A stretch of DNA of 64,000 nucleotides. It comes from Hydrolagus colliei. Taxonomy: Eukaryota. The notes beneath the pieces were generated by a model. That model worked only from the letters and a program-made list of their open reading frames with translations, ran no database searches and had not been told where the DNA came from. The stretch is from the NCBI GenBank assembly GCA_035084275.1, contig CM068771.1, positions 5,394,001 through 5,458,000 of the forward strand. The letters are read 5' to 3'. The number at the start of each line of letters is the position of its first letter. Position 1 is the stretch's first letter. The position numbers and the translations under genes were made by a program. Of the stretch, positions 55,501 to 64,000 are shown piece by piece.

Positions 55501-58500
55501 AAGGCGCTATACAAATGTCATTTGTGCTGGTTGTTGTTGTTGTATGGACAGGTACAGCCACATGAACAGGTATGGGTGCAACTTCAGTTTAGTGTTTTAT
55601 CTGAACTAAGCCGCTTCTGGCAAAACGGCAGAGCTTCAGCCTCGACTGTGAGCTCAAAGTCCCCATATGGGACTGAAACCCTGAGCTTTCTAACTCGGAA
55701 GCCAAGGTGTTAGTGGATAAATACAAATACAGGATTATTTTTAAATGAACAATTTTCAGAACATTTTTCAACCCTGTTTTACATTAATACAGTTCTTCAG
55801 ACTGATTTACTTAGAGGTTAAAAGTACAGCAGAAGTGTTAACTAGTCAGTGTTCAGCGTCTGCAGTTTCGTTAAGGTACCAGCTTGAACAAAGCCTGAAA
55901 TGTGCTCAATCAAGTGTAACAGGTCAACCTGCTCAACTTCATAGATTGATTTGTTCTATTTACACTTAAGATGTATCATCCAGGTCTGACTAACCCAGAG
56001 CGAAGGGTTAATGCTTTTTGCTGAGGTGGTATAATAGGTGTGACTTCATGTAAAGTGTGTAAGATGAAAGCTCCGGGCTTCCTCGAGTCCCTCTCACTTA
56101 CCCAATGTTTCAATCCGCTGCTGCATCTTTCCTGAGGGAAAGAGATACGAGTTAAATTCCTTCGTATTGGCACAACAAATCAACGAATTCCAGACAGTAT
56201 TGGGTGCAAGGCTGGGGCCCGGTGGGAATGCGGGGCCGAGAGTATTGCTAGTTTGTAACCCACTTCACACTTTGGCACCTCGATTGAGTGTCTCACCTGA
56301 AGGACGACGGTTCTACAACGCGACTCCCTCCCCCAGCACATTTACTATTACAGTAAAAGCCCATTTACCCGGAAGCTGATCAACCGTAACTTGAGACGTC
56401 CTGCTGACGTGAAAGGCGCTATACAAATGTCATTTTGTGCTGGTTGTTGTTGTATGGACAGGTAAAGCTACGTGAACAGGTACGGGTGCAACTTCAGTTT
56501 AGTGTCTTATCTGAACTAAGGCGCTTCTGGCAAAATGGTACTTCTCTCCCCCCCACCCCCCCCCCCCCCAGGGCAGTTATAGAGCCTCAGCCTAGACTGT
56601 GAGCTCAAAGTCCCCATATAAGGATTAAAAACCCCTAACGTTCCAACTCCTAAACCAACTTTATCACCAAGCTGTTAGTGATAAATACAAGGATTTATAC
56701 AGGATTTTTTAAAAACAAATAAACAATTTTCAGAACAATTTTTAACTCTCGTTTTACATCAATTCTTCAGACTGATTTACTTAGAGGTTAGATGCTATTA
56801 AAGTACAGCAGAAATATTAACTAGTCAATGTTCAGCATCTGCAGTTAAGGTACCAGTTTGAACAAAGCCAAGCCATATTGAAATGTGCTCATTAAAGTGT
56901 AACAGGTCAACCTGCTCAACTTCATAGATTGATTTGTTCTATTTAAATTTAGATGCATCATCCAGATCTGACTAACTCAGAGCGAAGGGTTAATGCTTTG
57001 AGCTGAGTTGATGAAAAAGCTGTAACTTCATGCAATGTGCGTGAGATGAAAGCTCCGTAAGTGTCCCTCACTTACCTTTTGTTGCCTTTAGCTGCTCATT
57101 CTCTCCTGAAGTAAAGAGATAAAGAGTTAAATTCCTTCATATTGACACAACAATCAACAAATTCCAGACAGTATTGGGTGGAAGGCTGGGGCCCGGTGGG
57201 AATGTGGGGTCGGGGATGGCTGAAAGTATCGCTAGTTTGCAACTCACTTCATACTCTGGCACCTCGATGTCTCATCCGAAGGACGACAGTTCTACAATTC
57301 AACGCCCTCCCTCGGCAAATTTGCTATTACATAAATAGAGGCTTGTGGAGTCAGGAAACTCTCATAAGGTTTTTACCCTGCCTGGAGATGGAACCCAGAT
57401 CCTCTGGCATGTGATGCAAGTGCTCCAACCACTGAACTATAGGACTCTACATCGTGCAGTGAAAACATGGCCAGGAACCACCAACAACTACAACAAATTG
57501 CATTTTACACAGCGTCTTTCACGTTGGGAGGATATCCCAAGGCACTGGATAGGCTTGTCAGGGATTTGGTCACAAGCTGGAGGTTGGGTCCCGAGGGGTG
57601 GAGTTCGGGAGGGTGACCGAAGGTGCAGATGTGGAGGAGACGCGCGTTGGAGGAGACAAGGTGGAGGAATGGTGGCATAGAATTCCAAAGGGTGGTCAGT
57701 GAAGATTGCAACTCACCAAATAACCTCTTTTGTTCTGTAGTAATAAAGAATAAATCATGGTTACATTTAATGTAGATTTTCTCACATTTCAAAACACTTC
57801 ATAGTCAACAGGACATAGACGGGACTTTGATTTAATGTATCATCCAATGGACGGCGCTTCTGACAATGTGGATCTCCCCCCAGATCATCAGCCTAGATTG
57901 TGAGCTGAATGTCCCAACATAGGGCTGAAACGCCCAAAGAACTAACTGGGAGGCCAGGGTTTTGGTGACTGAGGCTGACTAACCCCATACTCAAAACAAG
58001 AATTTTTTTCTGGTCATCCGGGTGTCTGACACATGTGGAAATCCAAAACTGCTTAAGAGTATCCAAACCATGGCTGAGAATTCCATGCATCCCACTGACA
58101 ACTGGAAATCCCAGAGTTTGTTGGAATGGAAAGATAATGCTCACTGTCTCCCTGGAGGGACACATCTAGTTACCTAATGCCAGAAAGTATTAGGCGCAGT
58201 TTGGCAAGAGCCATGATTTGGGGACCCTAGAGTGTGAATTGGAGTAATTGCTGGAGTAACCAGGAAATCCCCACAGCTTGCCATTGATAAGTCAGTCTGG
58301 CAAGATCTTCCCGCTGCTTGTCCAGCTCGGAGCACCCTATAGCACCCTCCTGTTCCTCACAACCGGCCAGCTCCTCCGCCGTCCCCGCCTCTCTTCACAG
58401 AACCTCTTCTCCAACTCCCACTGCGAGGACATGCTAGATTTCCTCAAGTCCAAAATCAAGGGAATTTGCTCACGTGTCATTGCCCTTCCAACTTCCACCC

Positions 58501-61500
58501 CTCCCCTCCACATTCCGACTCCTACCCACCCCTCATTCCATACCTTCGAACCTCTCCCCATCCTCCGTCAACACCACTATAACCTCCATGAAGCCCACCA
58601 CCCACTCTCTGGACCCCATTCTCACCCCTCTCCTTACCTCACAACTACACCTCTTTGCCCCACTACTTGCTGACCTACTCAACCTGTCCTTCTCATCGTT
58701 CCCACCCCACTCAAAACAGCTACCATCACCCCCATCCTCAAGAAACCATCCCTTGAAGTGTTGCAGCTGTCAAGCTACCGACCCACCTCCAACCTCCTCT
58801 TCCAGTCAAAGGTGCTTGAAAGAGTTGTTACCTCCCAGCTTCGCTCCTTTCTCTCATCGCACTCCCTCCACGAGCCCCTCCAATCAGGCTTCCACACTGC
58901 CCACAGCACGGAAACTGCCCTGGTCAAGGTCACTAATAATATCTTGACCATCTGTGACCAGGGCTCCTTCTGCCTCTTCGACACCTTGGACCACACAATC
59001 CTCCTCCGCTGCCTCTCCTCCCACCTTAACCTTCAAGGTTCTGTCCTCGACTGGTTCCAGTCCTACCTTTCACACTTCCTCCACTTTGTGTCCTTTTCCT
59101 CCAGCCCCCACATTGTTTTGTGCGGCGTTCCTCAGGGCTCTGTCCTTGTTCCCCTCTTCACACTCTACATGCTCCCCCTCGATGACATCATCCACAGACC
59201 TTCCACATGTTTACAGATGACACCCAACTCTACCTTTCCACTTCCTCTCAACTCCACGACTACAGGCATCCTGATTGCCTGACTGTCTTGACATTGAGTC
59301 CTGGACAACTTTCTCTAGCTGAATGAGGCCCTCCTGATTGGCTCGCGTCAACCTCTCTGCCCCCACATACTGGAACTCCATCCCACAGTCCCTTCGCCTC
59401 GCTCCCTCCATCGCAAGGTGACAGGGAGTCATCAAGTCGGAGATATCAGAGGGGTCAAGGCCGTGAATGGCCGTGAAAGTGAGGATTTTTTATTTGATCC
59501 TCTGGGGAGCGCATTGAGACAGGTGAAAGTAGGAGTGATGTGGTCGCATAGCTTAGTGCGGGGGAGGACAAACATGTTGTCTTGGGACAAGTTTGAATAA
59601 TAATTGCATTTGAGAAAGCACTTTGCATGTCTTCTATACTTCTCAAAGCGCTTCACAGAATATACTGTAAAGTGAATTGTCTGTATATTTGTTGGCGTTG
59701 TCACCAAACATGTCAACGTGGAGCCAGTTCAGGTCCAAGGAGGAACCTCTTAGTTGGCAGGTAAAAGTTGTAAGTGAATGTGATGTGTGCGTGGTGAAAC
59801 ATCTGAGCTCTCCCATCTCCCTCACATACCTCTGTCTGCCATCACAAATGCTTTATCTGACAAAGGAAAGAGATAACAATTAAGTTTCCATCATAATGAT
59901 ATACCAATTACCGAATTCCGGACAGTATGAGTCACAGGTTGTCGAGAGGCAATAATAGGGCAACACTAGGACATGTGTTATTGGGGAAAGCTCACTTCAT
60001 GCCCTGAGACTTCCCTATCTCTGACCTGCTTACATATCACTCTACTATCCACCATCTCCACTCAGCTGACACTGATCTCCTCTTGGTCCCTTGTCCCACC
60101 CATTCCACCATCAGACGCGTTTCAGCCACCACGCCCTAAAGCTATTGAACGCTATTCCTCAATGCCTCCACCTTACTTCTTTCTCCCTTGCCCATCTTCT
60201 GATCATAGCTGAAGATTTTTCTCTTTGAAAGTGACTATCTCACCTTTTGACAACCTGTGCCTCATCTACTCTCGGTGTCCGCCAGTACTGAGGGGGCATA
60301 GCTCAGTGATATGGTGCTACCTGCTCAGGTTTGGATGGGACTTCAGGGGAGATATCCCCCTATTTACGACAGGGTTGCGTTCCTGAAAAATGTCACGCAA
60401 GTCTAAGCGCCATAAATCGAAACGCGGGTTCCCGTGCGGTCCCAGTATATAACCCGAGATGCGTTCTTTTCACAAAAGTTGTGGACCTTAAACCCACTAA
60501 AATTAACACAAAACACACAAGAAGGGGGTAAATGTACAGTACTGTACTTTAAAACTGGTTAAATTACTGTAATACTGGCGTGGTGTCGCTTCAAAACCAA
60601 CTGTTTTTTAAATAATGAGCTAGCTATTGGCCAGACCGCTTGGATACAACTGCGATTTTACTGCAAAATACCGCTAAGCGTGCGCAAAAAAAGATGCACC
60701 AGATTTTTTGGTCGTTAAAACGAAAACAAAGGTCTTATATCGATAAAAAGCCGTTGAAAAATTAGGTTCGTTAAATTGAAACAATGTAATAGAAGCATCG
60801 TAAATCGGGGGTTGCCTGTCTCATTGGATTCAAGGTGCTTCTGACAATGCGATGCTCCCCCTATCACAGTTAGGGGGCCACAGCCTGGACTGAATCCCTC
60901 CACCTTACTTCTCCAATGACCCCTACTTTCTAACTTGGGAGTCCACAGTGTTGGTGACTGAGCCAGGCTAATCCAGAGTGACGTGGTATTGTTAACGCTT
61001 TGAGTTGAGTGGTGCAATAGCTCTAAGTGAATATGATGTGTGCGTGATGAAAACTGGGCTGCCCCGTGTCCCTTTCACTTACCTGTCTTTTTCTTGTCAC
61101 GCATGATTTCTATTAAGGGAAAGAAATTAGTTAAATTCCCCTCATAATTACATACAAATTACCGTATTCGGGACAGTATTGGGTATAGGTTACCAAGAAC
61201 AAAGGCTGGGTGGAGAAGGATGTATGCTACTCCATTCCCTCTTCCCCTCCATTCCACCAGAGAGGTGAGCAAAGGAGTGTTCAAATAGTAACAACAACTT
61301 GCATTTATATAGCGCCACTCATGCAGGGTTGTTACTGCAGCACGACAAGGCCAAGATGCGGAGAGGGATTTGCCAGTAAGTATGATCAAAGAGGAAGTTA
61401 TTGAGCCTTGTTTGACCCCTCGCTTCACCTTTCTACCCCTCATCCGTGCCATGAACTCTTCTGCCTTTCCCCACCTCCGCAACATGGTTACAACACAAAA

Positions 61501-63891
61501 GTACATGTGTAGTGTTGGAGCCTTTCGCATGGGGAAGACATCCCAAGGAGATTTGGACTCGAGCTGGATGTTGTACTGTAGGGATGGTGTGCAGGGAGGG
61601 TAGGGTGGCCAATGGCATGGTCGAAATGGAGGGTCTTGAGCAGAGTAAGAGATGGAGTGAGTCAGAGGGACTACAGGGATTGATTTCCAAAGGTTGGGGG
61701 GCAGAGATGCTGAAAGCCAATGGTGTGGTAGACAAGGCGTGGAGCCTGCTGAGCAAACAGGGAAAGCCCAATAAACCCATACCCTCTGAATCCAGGCAAG
61801 AGAAGACTTACTTATGATCCAGATGAGTAGAGAAACGATTATTAACGCAAAAATACCAATTACTATGTTCCGGCCAATAGGACTTGTTGTCATTGCTATG
61901 TACCTATTTCTGTTGAAGGAATAGAATTGGTCTGTAGAGAGAGTGGAGAGGCTGACGGTCAGTTTCTGGATTAGAATTTATTTAATACAGTAATAAATGC
62001 TTATAATTGATATAGCGCTTCATCCTCTCATTGAGACGACTCAAAGCACCTCAGAGATTATACCTTTGAAGTGTAGTGACTGTACATTTTGTGGGTGAAA
62101 CACAGCAGTAAATTGCGCACAGCAATGTTCAACAAACCATCGGGGATATCGGGGAGTGTCCAAATAATTTTATTGATTTATCTATGAAGGGATTACTACC
62201 CCCGGAAAAGCAGCTAACAGCTTAGTTCCTACTCACTGCTGGGCAAACAGAGATGGTGGAATAATTAAATGTACTGTAAATTGAATCCAGGTCTCCTAGT
62301 TTACAAAGTAATTGCTCTAACCATCAAGCTAAAGCACTCCACTTATTATTAATAATGCTTGCATTTAGAGTCTTGTCACGTCATTGAGACGTCTCAAAGT
62401 GCTTCAGAGGATCTACTATAAAGAGAATTGACTATACTTTATATAGGTGAAACGCAGCAGCCAATTGCACACAGCAGTGTCTCACAAACAGTCGTGAATT
62501 GAGTGACCAAATTTCTTCTGAGGGATTATTAATCAAAAAAAATCAACTGCCAATCAACTAACAACAGGGTTCCTACTTACTGCTAGGTAAACAAGGGCGT
62601 GTGGAGAAAGGAAATTGTTGAAGGTTTTGCCCCACCAGGGAATCGAACCTTGGTCCCATTACTTGCCGGACAAGCGCACTAACCACTGTACAAACCTCTA
62701 CAGGACTCCACAATAAAGAGATTTTAGAACAGACCTGATAAGCGGAGGGCGCTGAATTTTTCCGAATGCAGTAGATCGTTGGTTATGACACACGTAACTT
62801 TGTTCACAGAGGCTGTCTTCAGATCAATAGCACTGCTCACATTGAAGAACCCCCCTGCAGAACGCCGAACATCTGGGGGATTATTCGCTGATAAATGATT
62901 GTTGTGCTCGTCCAACCACGTCACGGTTGGCGCTGGGTACCACCTCTCAGACGTGCACTCCAGCTTCACATTCTCAGAGCTGATCTCACTCAGTTCGATC
63001 GTGGGCTGATAGCCCTCGGCTGTGGAAATGAAAAGAAAACTTCAGAAAACCCGATCGGCGAGATCTAGCGCATCGTCTTAACAACTTACTGCTGGGTAAA
63101 CAGCGGTGTGTGGAATTAGGAAACTTATGTAATGTTTTGCCCTGTCCGGGAACCGAACCCAGGGCTCTCGCTTACGAGGCGAGTCCTCTAACCAATCAGC
63201 TACAGGACTCCCAACAACAACCAAATTCCTTCGATATAGATAGTGCCTTTCACACCTTTCAGGCTGGTCCAAGCTGGACAAGCAGTGGGAAACCTTATCG
63301 ATAGTGTGGTTTAGCTGGTTAGACTCCAGCAGTTATCTCAAGGCACACTCAAGGGAGAGTGGATTCCATTCCAACAATCTGTCTCTGCGATTTCCATGCG
63401 TAGGTGGGATGTTGGAAATCGCAGCTTAGTTTGGAGACTCTTAAGCAACAGCGATGGGTTCCCGCGCGTGTCAGCTACCCATTTGAACCCCCGACAAACC
63501 ACCCCAAAAAAATTAATCCAGAACAAGACAACAATCTTTGCCTCACCTGCAATTTTCAGGTTAACAGTCGCAGTCAAGGTTTTGCTGAATTGTTTCACTG
63601 AACAATGATACTCTCCCTCATCTGCAACAGTCAGTTTCGTTATCAACAGGGACATGTTTCCGTGCCCGAATTGATCTTTGAACAGGTTCGTTCTCTGGGC
63701 GTACTTGGAATCCTGGGGCTGATCCTGCCCCATTTGGTACAAGTGGACTATCTGTGGGCCAGGGTTTCTGAACCACCGCACCTCAATGTCGTCCGCCACT
63801 CTCGGGGGCACCAGCTCGCATTCCAGGATCACCTGTCCATCCACAACGCGCACAACATTGTACCCAGGAGTAGCCAATTCACTGTCATTGT
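52503..63891 (-). CDS. Butyrophilin-like (BTN/BG/MOG family) gene, partial: IgV-IgC-TM-cytoplasmic mini-exons; leader exon lies beyond the window, terminal exon unresolved
   Basis: IgV 63547-63891, IgC 62735-63019, TM ~61812-61909, mini-exons 61083-61109, 59830-59856, 57076-57105, 56102-56131, 54589-54615, and a probable 60-nt exon 52503-52562. Ig and cytoplasmic exons are all phase 1. Confidence 0.8.
52810..53530 (-). mobile_element. CR1 LINE, internally deleted (endonuclease joined to RT)
   Basis: [10 protein letters not shown]...LDLVLCNE...[11 protein letters not shown] abuts [28 protein letters not shown]...KFADDTKLG. Confidence 0.9.
53600..54395 (+). mobile_element. Young L2 LINE 3' fragment
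   Basis: Open ORF2 C-terminus [11 protein letters not shown]...[10 protein letters not shown]...QNSAARVL...LHWLP, with a (TTG)-type tail. Confidence 0.92.
54589..54615 (-). CDS. BTN-like mini-exon 5 (27 nt)
   Basis: cccttgacag|...|gtatgc; EKELKEAKQ. Confidence 0.75.
56102..56131 (-). CDS. BTN-like mini-exon 4 (30 nt)
   Basis: tttccctcag|...|gtaagt; [10 protein letters not shown]. Confidence 0.75.
57076..57105 (-). CDS. BTN-like mini-exon 3 (30 nt; CAG-GAG tandem acceptor would give 27 nt)
   Basis: tttacttcag|...|gtaagt; [10 protein letters not shown]. Confidence 0.75.
58330..59420 (+). mobile_element. L2 LINE RT fragment
   Basis: [18 protein letters not shown]...QSGF...[10 protein letters not shown]...FDTLDH...GVPQGSVL. 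Confidence 0.88.
59830..59856 (-). CDS. BTN-like mini-exon 2 (27 nt)
   Basis: cctttgtcag|...|gtatgt; DKAFVMADR. Confidence 0.7.
60343..60818. mobile_element. Tigger/pogo-like MITE
   Basis: Right end reads CAGGCAACCCCCGATTTACG on the minus strand; degenerate left match CCCCCTATTTACG; CpG-retaining AT-rich interior. Confidence 0.5.
61083..61109 (-). CDS. BTN-like mini-exon 1 (27 nt)
   Basis: cccttaatag|...|gtaagt; KIMRDKKKT, basic stop-transfer residues after the TM. Confidence 0.75.
61812..61909 (-). CDS. BTN-like transmembrane exon (5' boundary 61909 or 61895)
   Basis: [19 protein letters not shown], then A|gtaagt. Confidence 0.75.
62735..63019 (-). CDS. BTN-like IgC exon
   Basis: EGYQPTIEL...[18 protein letters not shown]...FNVSS...[10 protein letters not shown]; 285 nt, phase 1-1. 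Confidence 0.92.
63547..63891 (-). CDS. BTN-like IgV exon
   Basis: VILECELVP...EVRWFR...VHLYQMGQD...YAQRTNLF...[22 protein letters not shown]; 345 nt, phase 1-1. Confidence 0.93.
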
Positions 63892-64000
63892 CTGAAACAT
63901 CAACACGCATGAGTGAGGCCATTCAACCCACTACTGGTATTAATCCCATTCCTCTGCTCGCTCCCTCTCATGGTTCTCACTTTCCACATCCCGCTGAAGT

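Larger units (their letters stand above)
55495..57330. repeat. Tandem ~0.9-kb duplication, each unit carrying one 30-nt exon
   Basis: 55495-56390 aligns with 56406-57330; shared start GTGAAAGGCGCTATACAAATGTCATTT...GGGTGCAACTTCAGTTTAGTG. Confidence 0.9.

Overview
Vertebrate genomic DNA, probably a cartilaginous fish (inferred from the chondrichthyan-type CR1/L2 LINEs and Deu-domain SINEs; not verified). Gene order, left to right: (1) a near-perfect CpG-rich inverted repeat at the window edge; (2) an orphan 3' remnant of a B30.2/SPRY exon (-); (3) a 9-exon CYP2-family cytochrome P450 gene, CYP2K-like (-); (4) GPANK1 (-), whose first intron holds a ~5.6 kb G-rich minisatellite; (5) a compact symmetric bidirectional promoter; (6) a complete 20-exon VPS52 (+) with two minor-spliceosome (U12) introns, one of them AT-AC; (7) a butyrophilin-like IgV-IgC-TM gene (-) whose tail is built from tandemly duplicated 27/30-nt mini-exons, with no B30.2 exon visible. 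GPANK1, VPS52, BTN-like and B30.2 genes are all MHC-linked in mammals, so this looks like part of an MHC region in an unusual order. Introns are packed with tRNA-derived SINEs, L2 and CR1 fragments, at least five non-autonomous DNA transposons and one solo LTR. CYP2 exon 1 and the last GPANK1 exon each carry a -1 frameshift in a short homopolymer, and the BTN-like TM exon probably does too; these may be assembly errors. There are two N gaps. All exon boundaries were read by eye; no database search was run.
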